Shown in pieces: positions 28,363-39,686 of a stretch of DNA of 64,000 nucleotides. Numbering within the stretch: the first letter of the stretch is position 1; each line of letters begins with the position of its first letter. Under the pieces are notes generated by a model. That model made no database searches. It was not told the DNA's origin and saw nothing but the letters and a program-made list of their open reading frames with translations. The stretch is from Candidatus Thorarchaeota archaeon (GTDB lineage: Archaea > Asgardarchaeota > Thorarchaeia > Thorarchaeales > Thorarchaeaceae), in contig JAFGAR010000101.1 of NCBI GenBank assembly GCA_016933575.1, positions 1 to 64,000 of the forward strand, read 5' to 3'. The position numbers and the translations under genes are program-made.

Positions 28363-29292
28363 TTATTGAGGTGCAGAGGTCAATTCAACATATGTTTCAA
28401 GTACATCGCGGTTTCTGAAGAATCTGATTCGTAACTTTTGTCCGATCTTTCCTCGCAATACTTTCTTTCTTAGATCTTCCATCCCACTCATATCAACATC
28501 ATCAATCGCAATGATAACATCACCCGGTTTCAGACCAGCTATTCTGGAAGGTCCTTTTGGTACTTCCAGCAATAGAGCACCGGTATCTATTGCGAGGTTA
28601 TAATGTGAAGCAATTCCTCGATTGAGCGTTACTCCTACGATACCCATCCATGGAGTCCGTACGGTTCCAGTTTCCACAAGTTCACCGAAGACATCTTTGA
28701 GAGTATCAACTGCAATAGCGAAACCAATTCCCTGACTCCAGGGTATCATCGCAGTTGGCACGCCAATGAGTTTCCCTTCAGAGTCCACCAATGCACCACC
28801 GCTGTTTCCGGGATTGATTTGAGCTGAAGTCTGAATGAGCCCTTCAAGGAATGACCTCTCACTCTGTATCGTCCTATCTACTGCACTGACCATCCCGAAT
28901 GTTACTGAAGATCCTAGACCGAGAGGATTTCCAATGGCAATGGTAAATTGTCCAACCTTTAGTTTACTTGAATCACCCATGTTTATTGGAACAAGTCCTT
29001 CAGCTTCAATCCTTAGAATTGCGAGGTCTCTTGTCTTTGTTTCACCGACAACTACTGCTTTGAAAGTCCGTCCATCATTAAGAGTCACTTCTACATCACG
29101 AGCACCATCTACGACATGAGCATTACTCACAATAAAACCCGTGTCTGTGAGTATAACTCCAGAACCCTGTCCTTGGACTGGAACAATCTGTGAGAGTTGC
29201 GTTCTAGCTAATCGCGTTGTTGATACACTAACAACCGAAGGAACGACTCTATCGACTATTTCGACTAATTTTCTTTCAAATTCAAGAAACAC
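28363..29292 (-). CDS. HtrA/DegP-family serine protease with PDZ domain, no signal peptide
   Basis: GSGVI, SNAHVV, DLAILRI, INPGNSGG, AGLKPGDVI. Confidence 0.93.
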   Translation of the reverse strand: MFLEFERKLVEIVDRVVPSVVSVSTTRLARTQLSQIVPVQGQGSGVILTDTGFIVSNAHVVDGARDVEVTLNDGRTFKAVVVGETKTRDLAILRIEAEGLVPINMGDSSKLKVGQFTIAIGNPLGLGSSVTFGMVSAVDRTIQSERSFLEGLIQTSAQINPGNSGGALVDSEGKLIGVPTAMIPWSQGIGFAIAVDTLKDVFGELVETGTVRTPWMGIVGVTLNRGIASHYNLAIDTGALLLEVPKGPSRIAGLKPGDVIIAIDDVDMSGMEDLRKKVLRGKIGQKLRIRFFRNRDVLETYVELTSAPQ

Positions 29293-29400
29293 AATATTAA
29301 CAATAATTAAGAGAATATTAACTTGTTCTTATATGCGTCAGAAGAACGTAGGATTTTTCTATCGGATTGGTCGTTAGTCGTTCATTATTTCTTGGTGATG

Positions 29401-30003
29401 ATGGATGTGATAGAGTGGGTAAACCTCATTTCACTAATTATTTCTACAATTCTCTTTCTCTATTTCTATGTCAAGAGTGTTAGTCCAGCTCAATTAGAAA
29501 AGCGAATTGGTGAAGTAGCATACGAGAAATGTAAAACCTATAGACTCATTGCAGGTTTATTTGAATGTATCACTGTTATCAACTATATTGGCTATTTCCT
29601 CTACCCTCTACCAATTGGATTGCCATTGACTTTTTCTTGGGATTACTGGTTATCGGTGCTGCTTGGTCTGCTATTTTTTATTCCAAGTATGTATCTGATG
29701 TTTATTGGCATGAGAGATGCAGGCGAAGAAACACTTGCACCAAAGAAGGAACATACTCTTTACACAGGAATCTATGAACGAGTCAGACACCCTCAGGCAA
29801 TAGGAGAGGCAGTTCTCTGGTTCCCAATTGCGCTCTGGGTCAATTCTCCCTTCTTGCTATTGTATTCATTCATATGGATTCCTGTATTCTATATCATGTG
29901 CATCGCTGAGGAAAAGGATCTAGTCATACGTTATGGAGAATCCTATCTTGAATACCGAGAACGTGTTGGATTCTTGATTCCCAAATCTAGAAAGTCAAAA
30001 TAA
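29401..30003 (+). CDS. isoprenylcysteine carboxylmethyltransferase (ICMT/PEMT) family protein
   Basis: TGIYERVRHP, EEKDL..RYGESYLEY. Confidence 0.88.
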   Translation: MDVIEWVNLISLIISTILFLYFYVKSVSPAQLEKRIGEVAYEKCKTYRLIAGLFECITVINYIGYFLYPLPIGLPLTFSWDYWLSVLLGLLFFIPSMYLMFIGMRDAGEETLAPKKEHTLYTGIYERVRHPQAIGEAVLWFPIALWVNSPFLLLYSFIWIPVFYIMCIAEEKDLVIRYGESYLEYRERVGFLIPKSRKSK

Positions 30004-30050
30004 CAAAAAGCCCTTCTTTCTATTGAGTACTAGTAATGTGCGTTCAATCC

Positions 30051-30764
30051 TTAAGTTGAAACTCTGATTGGTGCTCCACAGAATGGACAAAATCTATCCT
30101 CAGATTTTAATGCAAATCCACAATAGGGACATCCAACTGATGTCCTGACTGGTTCTTCAACATCACGAACTGGCATGTGCGTAATCTCTCCCGATGATGG
30201 ATCAAACCAGACGTTAGTTGAGCCACTTCTTTTTTCGGTGACTATATGTTCTCTAACTTTTTCCTCTGTTAACCCGGTTCTACTTGAAACATCTGATACC
30301 GTACCTATGTTCTCAAGTTTGATCTGCTCGCGAACTCTAGATTTTCCACGCATACTCTGTGAAATATTCTCTGCAAGTCCTATAAAGAGAAAGAATAATG
30401 GAATGAGAAACACCCAAGATCTGGATTCGTAATAGAGCCAACCAATTATGAAGATGGGTATGAATATTCCGCAATTAACACCCTGCTCTTTCTGTTTCTT
30501 CTGATCGTAGATTGGTTTGGACAGAGTAACTTGTGGTTCTTGATATGTTCCTGAAGTATGCGTTTTCGATTCTGGCGATTTCCAATAATCGACCTGTTCC
30601 TGTTTTTTCTCTATTCTGCTATTCTCGAATGTATCAGCAATGAATATGATTAGAAGTACACCAATTGGAAACAATAACCATCGTTCACCTATTGAGAACA
30701 TCACAATGAATAGTACTACAATCGGAATGAGAAGTCCATATGATATTCCGGTATTTTTAGCCAT
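30051..30764 (-). CDS. membrane protein with duplicated TM hairpin, wHTH-like segment and double zinc ribbon
   Basis: two similar TM hairpins; VSDVSSRTGLTEEKVRE; CPYCG...CPFCG. Confidence 0.75.
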   Translation of the reverse strand: MAKNTGISYGLLIPIVVLFIVMFSIGERWLLFPIGVLLIIFIADTFENSRIEKKQEQVDYWKSPESKTHTSGTYQEPQVTLSKPIYDQKKQKEQGVNCGIFIPIFIIGWLYYESRSWVFLIPLFFLFIGLAENISQSMRGKSRVREQIKLENIGTVSDVSSRTGLTEEKVREHIVTEKRSGSTNVWFDPSSGEITHMPVRDVEEPVRTSVGCPYCGFALKSEDRFCPFCGAPIRVST

Positions 30765-30899
30765 GCTGTCTCATCCTCTCATAATCACAGAATCCACTTT
30801 CTCCTATTTTTAAGATGCTTATTGATGTTACGTATACTGATCTCTAAAATGGATGGATAGCAAGGTATTTCATCACAGATAGCAATTTCTTGTCTAGCA

Positions 30900-31754
30900 A
30901 TGAGTACTTCAGAACCATACAAAAGAAATGGGAAATATCTTGTCAGTAAAGTCCCAGTTACACTCGATTTGAAGAGTGCAGTACAAGAAGCCGTGAATCT
31001 TATCGGTGGATTAAGGCTGGTAATACATGATGGGGATACAGTCACCATTAAACCGAACCTGAATACAGGTGATCCCTATCCTGCATCAAGTGATCCCGAA
31101 TTCATTAAAGCCATTGGAGAATTAATTATTGAGGCTGGTGCATCCAAATTAAAAATAATTGACAGTTCAACTCTTAGACTCTCCACAAGAAAGGTTGCAG
31201 AGACCATTGGATTGAGTCAAGTCGCAGAGGACCTAGATGCAGAATTGATATTCCTTGATGAACACGACTGGATTAAAGTTGACTTTCCCTCTGGCAAGTA
31301 CTTGAAGAGAGGTTCAATAGGAAAACCCTTGCTTGAACGTGGAAAGACTGTCCTAGCGCCATGCCTCAAGACGCACTTCTTAGCAAGATATACAGGTAGT
31401 ATGAAGCTATTCGTTGGATGGTTAAAGCATTCAGAACGCATCAAGATGCATTTGCGCAATTTAGAACAAAAAATACCTGACTTGGCATCCTATTTCAGAC
31501 CTGACCTAATCGTGATGGATGCCCGAACATGTTTCATAACAGGCGGACCCGCATCGGGTCAATGTTCCTCACCTAATCTCATTCTTGCGAGTGGTGATAT
31601 GGTTTCTATAGATGTTGAAGGGGTTAGAGCAATTCAGTGTTGCAATGCTAAAAATAAACTGGACATGGATGTCTGGGAAATCCCACAGATTAGACGTGCT
31701 GTTGAGATTGGTTTTGGAGCTAAGTCTGACCAAGACATTGAGATTGTCGCATAA
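30900..31754 (+). CDS. DUF362 family protein
   Basis: VTIKPNL, LKTH, MKLFVG, GGP, LILASGD.VSID. Confidence 0.88.
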   Translation: MSTSEPYKRNGKYLVSKVPVTLDLKSAVQEAVNLIGGLRLVIHDGDTVTIKPNLNTGDPYPASSDPEFIKAIGELIIEAGASKLKIIDSSTLRLSTRKVAETIGLSQVAEDLDAELIFLDEHDWIKVDFPSGKYLKRGSIGKPLLERGKTVLAPCLKTHFLARYTGSMKLFVGWLKHSERIKMHLRNLEQKIPDLASYFRPDLIVMDARTCFITGGPASGQCSSPNLILASGDMVSIDVEGVRAIQCCNAKNKLDMDVWEIPQIRRAVEIGFGAKSDQDIEIVA

Positions 31755-31860
31755 TTCTGTGCATTATCACACTTTTCCAATACTGAATTGAGCCAAGCAA
31801 ACTTCAAAACGCATTCATTTGGCATTAGCTTGCAGAGTGTTAACATATCGAGGTTCTTTG

Positions 31861-34824
31861 ATGACAATACGGGTCCTCTTCGTTGACGATAACGAGCCTT
31901 TCTTAACCATCAGTAGTACATTTCTCAAGAGAGACGCACCAGACATAGAAGTAATCACATTGACTTCTGCAGCAAAAGCATTGGAAATGTTAGAACATCA
32001 TACCTACGATGCAATAATTAGTGATTATCAAATGCCTGTCATGGATGGTCTTGAATTTCTAGAAGTTATCCGCAATAAGTACCATGACCTGCCATTCATC
32101 ATATTCACAGGCAAGGGACGGGAAGAGATTGCCATCAAAGCACTTAATCTAGGTGCTACTCATTATGTAATCAAAGGTGGAGATCCGAAGAGTCAGTTTG
32201 CAGAGTTAATACATGTCATTAGAAGTTCAGTTGCATACGTTCGAGAACGCAGAAGGCGAGATGAATCTGAAGAGCGATATCGCATTGTGTTCGAAAACGC
32301 AAATGACGGAATCCTCATGGTTGATCGGGAAGATCGAACAGTGCAGTCAGCTAATCCTCGATTCTGTGAGATGTTAGGTTATAGCAACGAAGAAGTAATG
32401 AAATTACGAATAGATGACATCCATCCCGCTGAAGATTTGGAGACAGTGTTGGATATTTTTGAGAAACAAATGTGGGATGAGTTACGAATTGCTGAGAGAA
32501 TTCCAGTTCTAAGAAAAGATGGATCCTATTTCTTTGCTGATATCTCAGGAAAGAGAATTACGATTGAAGGCAAAAACTATCAATTGGGTATCTTCAGAGA
32601 TATCACAAGCAGATTAGAAGCTGAAGAAGCTCTTCGAGCAAAAGATGAACTATATCGATTGATTGCCAAGAACTCTTCAGATATTATCTTTACATTGAAC
32701 ATGAACATGGAACGTACCTATCTTAGTCCAGCAGTTGAAAGAATCAGAGGATATACTGTTGAAGAATCACTTACGCAGAGTTGGGAAGAGGTAATGACTC
32801 CTGAATCTCTCGAGAAGATGATTATTGCATTTGGTGAAGGATTTGATCGAATTCGAAATGGAGCGATTTTTACTGATCCTTTCGTTCTTGATCTTGAGAT
32901 GTATAGGAAAGATGGAAGTACAATTTGGACCGAAGTCGCTGCTTCGCCTATGATTGATGAAAACGGTAGACCCGTTGGTGTAATAGGGATTACTAGAGAC
33001 ATTAGTTCTTGGAAAACATCTGACACCAAGATGCGTGTGAGTGAAGAACGTTTTAGACAATTCTTTGATCATGCTCCGGTGTATTGCTACATGCTCGCTC
33101 CAGATGGAAAAGTTCTCTCTGTGAATAGGACAGCTTTGAACGATCTGGGTTACAGTGAAACTGATCTAGTAGGTCATTCTATTCTCAAAATTTATGCACC
33201 AGACTCCATTCAAAGGGCCAAAGACCTAACGAAAATCTGGCAGGAAACAGGGGAGATTCGAGATGAGGAGATTGGTATCTTTGCAAAGGATGGCAAAAAG
33301 AGAACAGTTATTCTCAGTGTTGCGTCGGTCAAAAATAGGGCCGGTGAATTGTTACAATCTATAATAATTCAAAGGGATATTACTGATAGGAAGAATATGG
33401 AAGAGCAGCTACGTCAGTCTGCCAATCGATACCGTACTCTTTTCGAAACTGCAAATGATGCTATCTTCCTAATGAGAAATGATATCTTCATTGAATGCAA
33501 TGACAAAACGCTAGAGATGTTTGGTTGCTCAAGAGAACAAATTCTTGGTCAACCACCTTACCGGTTCTCTCCACCATTCCAACCAGATGGACGAGTTTCT
33601 CAGGAAAAGGCAATGGAGAAGATTAATGCAGCCATAAGTGGTCAATCCCAATTCTTCTACTGGAAACACATACAATACGATGGGACTCCCTTTGATGCCG
33701 AAGTTAGTCTGAATGCAATCGAGATCGAAGGAAATCTATTGATTCAAGCATTGGTACGAGACATAACCAAACGAATCAAGGCTGAGAATGACTTACGCGA
33801 AAGCGAAGAACGATATCGATTCCTCTATGAGAATCTTTCTGATGGTGTGATTGGTATTGACCCTGAGGGACGACTTACTTTTTGCAATGATAAAGTGTTG
33901 AAGATGTTCGGATACTCCGAAGATGAAGCTCTTGGTCAGAGGATTGACAGCTTTCTGCATCCTGATTATCGTGAAGACGCTATGCAAATGGTCCATCAAA
34001 GCATTGACTCTGGCCAAGCTTTGGTGGATGGATATGAGGGTGTTGGATTACGGAAAGATGGCTCTGAATTTTATTTCCACCTATCTAGCTCAGTGATTCG
34101 TTCTGGTGACCAAGTTGTCGGTCTTCAGTCCCACATCCGTGATATGTCTGATTGGAAACGAGCAGAAGAAAATCTTAGAAAACAGAAAGAAGAGCTCAGC
34201 AGATTTGCTACAACAATGGCTCATGACCTACGATCAAATATCCATGCTATCACTGGTCTAGCTGAGCTTCTGGAAAATGAATATAATCCTAAATATACTA
34301 ATGATATCATCTCTGTTGCGGAAAAGATGGAATCCATACTTACAAGGTCTGTTACACTGGCAAATGCTGGAGTAATAATAGGGATCAAAGATGAAGTAAA
34401 ACTTGATGAGTTAGTGGATGAAGTCACTAATAGTACTCTACCGGTCAATATTGAAGTAGTGCATAATGATCTTCCTACGGTAAAGTGTGATAGTGCAAAG
34501 ATATTCCAAGTCATACAGAATCTCCTTCAGAATGCATACGAACATGGTGAAGCAAGTAGAATCACAATAACGAGCGATAGTGACCAATTCAACTCTTTCA
34601 TTTATATTGCAAACGATGGTAAACAGATACCTCCAGAGATTCGATTGCAAATATTCAAGGATCACTTCTCGACCAAAGCAGGAGGCGGATTAGGTCTTGG
34701 TATAGTAAAGAGAATAGTTGAAGCACATGGATGGGAAATCGCTCTTGAGAACGCACCGATAACAACTTTCAAAATAAAGATCCCAAAAACAGGTTTATTG
34801 CAAAGCATATCTGATTTTACTTAG
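31861..34824 (+). CDS. hybrid sensor kinase REC-5xPAS-HisKA-HATPase
   Basis: VLFVDD/SDYQMP/FTGKG REC; five PAS units ending in RDI(T/S)/RDMS; AHDLR H-box; NLLQNA, NDG, GLGLG. Confidence 0.93.
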   Translation: MTIRVLFVDDNEPFLTISSTFLKRDAPDIEVITLTSAAKALEMLEHHTYDAIISDYQMPVMDGLEFLEVIRNKYHDLPFIIFTGKGREEIAIKALNLGATHYVIKGGDPKSQFAELIHVIRSSVAYVRERRRRDESEERYRIVFENANDGILMVDREDRTVQSANPRFCEMLGYSNEEVMKLRIDDIHPAEDLETVLDIFEKQMWDELRIAERIPVLRKDGSYFFADISGKRITIEGKNYQLGIFRDITSRLEAEEALRAKDELYRLIAKNSSDIIFTLNMNMERTYLSPAVERIRGYTVEESLTQSWEEVMTPESLEKMIIAFGEGFDRIRNGAIFTDPFVLDLEMYRKDGSTIWTEVAASPMIDENGRPVGVIGITRDISSWKTSDTKMRVSEERFRQFFDHAPVYCYMLAPDGKVLSVNRTALNDLGYSETDLVGHSILKIYAPDSIQRAKDLTKIWQETGEIRDEEIGIFAKDGKKRTVILSVASVKNRAGELLQSIIIQRDITDRKNMEEQLRQSANRYRTLFETANDAIFLMRNDIFIECNDKTLEMFGCSREQILGQPPYRFSPPFQPDGRVSQEKAMEKINAAISGQSQFFYWKHIQYDGTPFDAEVSLNAIEIEGNLLIQALVRDITKRIKAENDLRESEERYRFLYENLSDGVIGIDPEGRLTFCNDKVLKMFGYSEDEALGQRIDSFLHPDYREDAMQMVHQSIDSGQALVDGYEGVGLRKDGSEFYFHLSSSVIRSGDQVVGLQSHIRDMSDWKRAEENLRKQKEELSRFATTMAHDLRSNIHAITGLAELLENEYNPKYTNDIISVAEKMESILTRSVTLANAGVIIGIKDEVKLDELVDEVTNSTLPVNIEVVHNDLPTVKCDSAKIFQVIQNLLQNAYEHGEASRITITSDSDQFNSFIYIANDGKQIPPEIRLQIFKDHFSTKAGGGLGLGIVKRIVEAHGWEIALENAPITTFKIKIPKTGLLQSISDFT

Positions 34825-36637
34825 GTTGAATGAGCTTTGGAAGCCAGATTCGTACCTCTAAACCTTGAGTATAGTTTCCATTGACTCTGTCTTGAACCTT
34901 GATCTGTCCTCTATACTTCTCCACAAGATGATTCACAGTATGGAGACCTAGACCACCAAATCTACGTGACATATCGAAAAGACCAGCTTTTGTAGAATCT
35001 GGAATCCCTGGTCCATCATCACTAATTGAAAGAAGGTAGTCCAATCCTGAACTATCAAGTCTTATCCAGACTCTCTTACGTTCTTTTACATTGTGTTCTA
35101 TTGCATTCATCAAGATATTTGAAATTAGAAGCTCAAGATATTCATCCGCAAGGACTTTTGCTTCTCCCCCCATAATGTACGTTTCAAAAGTGATGTTTTC
35201 TGCGTGTGACATTGCTTCAATACAGATATTGACAGCTTGTGTCAATGATCTCTCTATAAGGGGAACTGATAGTAATTGCTCTGTTGATTTAGCCTCTTGG
35301 ATAATTCTTGAACTTCTCTTTACAGCATCGCCAATGATTTTGTAAAATGACTCCTTCACGCTACTGTCAGTTGCATTTTTCATGAGTGCAGCGCTGTTTA
35401 GAATAACTTGAAGTTGCTGAGTTAGGTCATGTCCCATTAAGTCTAGATAGAAGACAGCCCTATCTTTAGCAGAACGTAGCTCTCTCTCTGACTGCCTCCT
35501 ATCGCTTATATCAACGATGACAGTCTGAATAGCAGATCTACCATTATACTCTACCTGACTTGAAAAACTCTCGACCCACCGAATTTCTCCATTTTTTCTC
35601 ATGTATCTATATTCGTATCGGGGAGCCACGGCTCGTCCAGCTATCTTATCTTGCATGCGTTTTGTTAGTTCTTCTCGGTCATCTGGATGTACAAGATTCC
35701 ATACAGCATCCACGTCCATTTGGGATAGTTCCTCATCATCATAGCCAATCAGTTCTTTGAATGCTGGATTATGGTAGAGGAATTTGTTGTCTCCCATAAT
35801 TATGATACCTTGAGGTGACTGAACTGCAAGACTTCGATACTTTGCCTCTGAGTTACGAAGATTTTCCTCGAATTCTCTTGCTTCTGTTATATCAATAATG
35901 AGTACCTGAACTGCACTGGAACCTTCATAGTCAATATTACCAGAAAAAGCTTGGACCCATCGTATAGAACCATCTCGTCGTATGAAACGATATTCATATG
36001 GCATTGGAATCGGTTTGCCTTCTTTACGATTTTGCGCAATCTCTAAGAGTTTCTTTTTATCATCTTGGTAAATGAGATCCCATGCTTCATTCGGGGGCAT
36101 GTTTAATATCTCTTCACGTGAGTAGCCAACCATTCTACAAAATGCTGGATTGACATAGACATATCTATCAAATTGGATGACCGTCAATCCTTGCAACGAT
36201 TGTTCTGCAAGTAACTTGTATTTTTGTTCTGCTGCATGATATCCTGTGAGGTCTGTAATTACTGCGAATGCGCCTCGATAGTTCCCGACTTTATCTAGAA
36301 TTGGTACTCCTGAAATCAGTGTGAGTATTTTTCGACCAGACTTTGTTGTCCAAGTCAGCTCATAACTTGATGATTCACCTTTGGTCCTTTTTCTGATTTG
36401 ATGTTTCTGAGTTAATTTTTCTTCATCGTCTAGAAAGTCAGAAAGAAGGTGTCCTATCATTTCATCATTTGAGTATTCCAGAAGGTCACTGAATCTCTTA
36501 TTTACATAGGAGAAGATATTATTCTCATCCACAACTCCAAATCCTTCACTTAACGACTCTAAAAGCACTCGATGTTTGAGTAGCTCTTCGAGTGATTCAA
36601 AATCATAGATTGTATCATCGAGTTCTGTTGGAGCCAT
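34817..36637 (-). CDS. 3xPAS sensor histidine kinase
   Basis: three PAS units; GHDL H-box; NILMNA, DDGPGI, GGLGL. Confidence 0.92.
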   Translation of the reverse strand: MAPTELDDTIYDFESLEELLKHRVLLESLSEGFGVVDENNIFSYVNKRFSDLLEYSNDEMIGHLLSDFLDDEEKLTQKHQIRKRTKGESSSYELTWTTKSGRKILTLISGVPILDKVGNYRGAFAVITDLTGYHAAEQKYKLLAEQSLQGLTVIQFDRYVYVNPAFCRMVGYSREEILNMPPNEAWDLIYQDDKKKLLEIAQNRKEGKPIPMPYEYRFIRRDGSIRWVQAFSGNIDYEGSSAVQVLIIDITEAREFEENLRNSEAKYRSLAVQSPQGIIIMGDNKFLYHNPAFKELIGYDDEELSQMDVDAVWNLVHPDDREELTKRMQDKIAGRAVAPRYEYRYMRKNGEIRWVESFSSQVEYNGRSAIQTVIVDISDRRQSERELRSAKDRAVFYLDLMGHDLTQQLQVILNSAALMKNATDSSVKESFYKIIGDAVKRSSRIIQEAKSTEQLLSVPLIERSLTQAVNICIEAMSHAENITFETYIMGGEAKVLADEYLELLISNILMNAIEHNVKERKRVWIRLDSSGLDYLLSISDDGPGIPDSTKAGLFDMSRRFGGLGLHTVNHLVEKYRGQIKVQDRVNGNYTQGLEVRIWLPKLIQPK

Positions 36638-36823
36638 CTAGAGTAGTTTCTCCTTGATTATGTAAAATACATATCAAATACTCTTTTCATTCTATGTGTT
36701 GTGAATCGAATGCTTTTTGATATAATCGAGATACAATTTCCATCAATCATTCTAGTGTTTTGAAGTATCCACTCTGACCTTATTTAGGTTCTTTCTAGAG
36801 TTAATATTGGACTAATGCCATCT

Positions 36824-37312
36824 TTATGTTTCCAGTAATGCAGATTGTAGCTCAGTTCTTCTATTTTCTGCAGCTTTTCTAATTTCTTTTAGCAGTTGGG
36901 CGAATTCCTTCTTTAATCCTGAATCAAGACTTTCAATGGTATCAAGGTCTTTGATTATTCCATTCAATCGATCCTGTATACCAATAATACCCAAATCGAA
37001 AATATCTGAAAAGCTGCCATTGATAGTATATAGAACACGCTTTCGCCCTCTACCGGTCTGATCGTAATCTCTCTGACCGTCAACAACTCCCAATGCTTCA
37101 AGCTGAGACATAATTAGTCCAGCATTTGCACGCGAGTATCCTGTCATTTTGCAGATATCATCCGAGCTTAACCTATCTCCAGAATTGTGTTGCTCGATAA
37201 ATAGCGCGGCTAAAACTGGACCCGCATTGGATGATAGTCCTATCCACCTTGCGACTTTTTCAAAGAGTCGCGTAATGGGCCCTTTCATTAATCCATTCTC
37301 TTCATTGATCAT
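36824..37312 (-). CDS. GbsR/MarR-like wHTH transcription regulator
   Basis: GLSSNAGPVLAAL...LSSDDICKMTGYSRANAG...LEALGVV...RKRVLY. Confidence 0.8.
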   Translation of the reverse strand: MINEENGLMKGPITRLFEKVARWIGLSSNAGPVLAALFIEQHNSGDRLSSDDICKMTGYSRANAGLIMSQLEALGVVDGQRDYDQTGRGRKRVLYTINGSFSDIFDLGIIGIQDRLNGIIKDLDTIESLDSGLKKEFAQLLKEIRKAAENRRTELQSALLET

Positions 37313-37394
37313 TTTTCCACCTTCTCAATCTAAGGTGCGGTCTACGACGTTAGCCTTGCTCCCAATTTTTCTAATTCCACTTAGCTATATATGA

Positions 37395-38729
37395 TTATTG
37401 GGATTCTGGTTTTGAACTTATGAAATAGAGTAATTCTCGTCCAGGAAGTTCTGCTCTAAGAATGTGTGTAAGTAAATGGATAGATTTTCCTTTGCGTGTT
37501 AGCGCTTGGTGTTTAACTTGGAGAACTTCTCCCTCCATGACTTTCTGAATTATTTCTGATAGGTCTCCAAGGTGTTCGAATTTGTATATGTCTTGAAGGT
37601 TCTTCTTGGTGATAGTCTTTGATGAATAGCCAAGCGAAGAAAGAAAAGTATCATTCACTCCTACTATTCTTGCACTTTTGTCCGTCAATAAAAAGAGCTC
37701 ATCCAATGAATCAAAGATGTTCATTAACTCTGACTGTGATTCATTATAAGAAGTCTCAGCCTTTACCCTTGCCATGTAAGCTCCAATCTGTATTGAAATC
37801 GCTTCGAGAGCTTGTTTATCCATCAAGGGAATTTCATCATAATCATGTGAAACGAGACACAGAATAGCAACAACTTCTTCCTCGAAAAAGACCGGTAGAA
37901 TTGCAGCAGCATTGGTGTCTTCATTGAGCTCACTGATCGTTGTCAATGCACATATTTCTGATTTAGTTAAAAAAACTGGTCTATCAATAATTTGTTTACC
38001 ACTCAGTTTTAGGTAGCTATGTAAGAAGTGCGTTGAGATACCTTGATTAGAAGAAAGATCGAATTGACCGGTACTGTTGTCTAGTTGATATATACCTCCA
38101 CTATCAATGCCCTCTAATTGCACTGCAGTCTTCAAGATCTTGTCTAGAGCTTCAGTTAGATTTCCAGTTCTGCAAAGTGTATTTCCAAGTTCTCTTTGTA
38201 GGAGGAGCGATATCTCTATCTTTTCACGTTCCTTAATCTCATGCAGAAGCTTAGCATTTATCTCTTGTAACTCAGCTGTACGTTCAGCTACTCTATGTTC
38301 AAGTTCTGCATATGCATTCTCAAGAGCTTCCTCAGTACGCCTTGATTCCACTTCTGTCTTAATTCTATGAGCAATTTGGGAAAAGAGTTCTTTGAAATCC
38401 TCAGTTCCTTTCTTTAAATAATAGTCTGCACCTAAATTCAAAGCTCTTATCGCAACAGCTTCCTGGCTTCGACCAGTTAAAATAATGAAAGGAATTTGAG
38501 GATGCCCTTCTCTCACCCATTCGAGGAGATCCAATCCTGTCATACTATGTGGACCAAGATAATGGTCGCAGACAATTGCATCGAACTCCTCTTCTTCAAG
38601 TATCTGCAATGCTTCTTGATCTGTATTTGCAGAAACCAGTTCGAATCTATCATCTTCCTTTGTTAGAAATTTTTGAGCAAGAAATAGAAGATCCTCATCA
38701 TCATCGATTACTAGGACCCGTATCTTCAA
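37395..38729 (-). CDS. REC-GAF-PAS signalling protein with no output domain
   Basis: VLVIDDD/CDHY/LTGRS REC; ELEHRVAERT coiled coil; GAF-like AAILPV...LCLVS; C-terminal PAS. Confidence 0.85.
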   Translation of the reverse strand: MKIRVLVIDDDEDLLFLAQKFLTKEDDRFELVSANTDQEALQILEEEEFDAIVCDHYLGPHSMTGLDLLEWVREGHPQIPFIILTGRSQEAVAIRALNLGADYYLKKGTEDFKELFSQIAHRIKTEVESRRTEEALENAYAELEHRVAERTAELQEINAKLLHEIKEREKIEISLLLQRELGNTLCRTGNLTEALDKILKTAVQLEGIDSGGIYQLDNSTGQFDLSSNQGISTHFLHSYLKLSGKQIIDRPVFLTKSEICALTTISELNEDTNAAAILPVFFEEEVVAILCLVSHDYDEIPLMDKQALEAISIQIGAYMARVKAETSYNESQSELMNIFDSLDELFLLTDKSARIVGVNDTFLSSLGYSSKTITKKNLQDIYKFEHLGDLSEIIQKVMEGEVLQVKHQALTRKGKSIHLLTHILRAELPGRELLYFISSKPESQ

Positions 38730-38883
38730 TTCCTCTCCACCTCTCACGGTTAATCAGTATGAGTGATACTAAATTACTGCACACTTGGATATTATAGTTG
38801 TCGTGTGACACCATTAGCGCGAAGATTAATTGACAAAAGGAAAATCGGAAATTTAAATTGGCGCCATGTTTTGGATTAGATTT

Positions 38884-39555
38884 ATGTCAGCTAATATAGT
38901 AAAGAAGCTCTTTCTCATCAGTTCATTTATTGTAATTATCGCAGGTGCAATTATGGCATTCCTCGGTAGTACGATAAATGATGAATATGAAGGAATGTAC
39001 TTTATAATGGGACCAATAATCCTGGTCCTTGGAATTCTCTTTCTCCTTACTGCATTGTTTTCAAAAGAAGCTGCAGAATCAACACAAGCTAGATACCTAG
39101 CAATAATCATGATTTTTGGTAGCATTATTGGTATAGTTGGTGTCTTCTCTGGTGAAATTGGCGGAATGATATCACTGGGAGGCTCTATCTTTGTATTTCT
39201 TGTCTTCTTGCTTTGGCCTTGCTTCTGTCTACAAGGCGGAAAGAATATTCGATCAAAGATAATTGGTGTAGCTAGTGCTCATGATAGTATTAGTATCTCT
39301 GAGATATGTAAGATAACAGGTCTGGATGAGCCTCTTGTACGAGATACAATATATGATGCCATCGGAAGACATCAATTGAGTGGAAAAATGACTGGTGATA
39401 CTTTTATTCGCTCAGGGCCATCGGCCACAGCCTATACTTCTTCCTCTACTACTAAGGAGCGAGAAGTTGTGAAAGTACTCGTAATCTGTCCATACTGTGG
39501 AGCAAAGACTGAGCAAGGCATTGGTAAGTGTCAAAATTGCCAAGCTGACTTGTAA
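38884..39555 (+). CDS. membrane protein with PCI-like winged helix and zinc ribbon
   Basis: 4 TM; HDSISISEICKITGLDEPLVRDTIYDAIGRHQLSGKM; CPYCG...CQNC. Confidence 0.75.
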   Translation: MSANIVKKLFLISSFIVIIAGAIMAFLGSTINDEYEGMYFIMGPIILVLGILFLLTALFSKEAAESTQARYLAIIMIFGSIIGIVGVFSGEIGGMISLGGSIFVFLVFLLWPCFCLQGGKNIRSKIIGVASAHDSISISEICKITGLDEPLVRDTIYDAIGRHQLSGKMTGDTFIRSGPSATAYTSSSTTKEREVVKVLVICPYCGAKTEQGIGKCQNCQADL

Positions 39556-39565
39556 AAAACCGAAA

Positions 39566-39594
39566 AAGCGGAGGGTTAATGAAACCCTCCACTT
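39566..39594 (+). terminator. hairpin downstream of gene
   Basis: GGAGGGTT-aatga-AACCCTCC. Confidence 0.5.
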
Positions 39595-39686
39595 ACTAAT
39601 TTCACCTATCCATTAACAATTAAAGATATCAGACCATCACAAAGATAAGGGTAGATTGTTTATTCAAATTCTCTGAGGTGGAGGTA

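Noticed and set aside
5248-30003. Rab + M48 (Ste24-like) + ICMT as a CAAX-processing pathway
   Set aside because: The GTPase has no C-terminal Cys, the genes are dispersed, no prenyltransferase is present, and both enzyme families are widespread in prokaryotes
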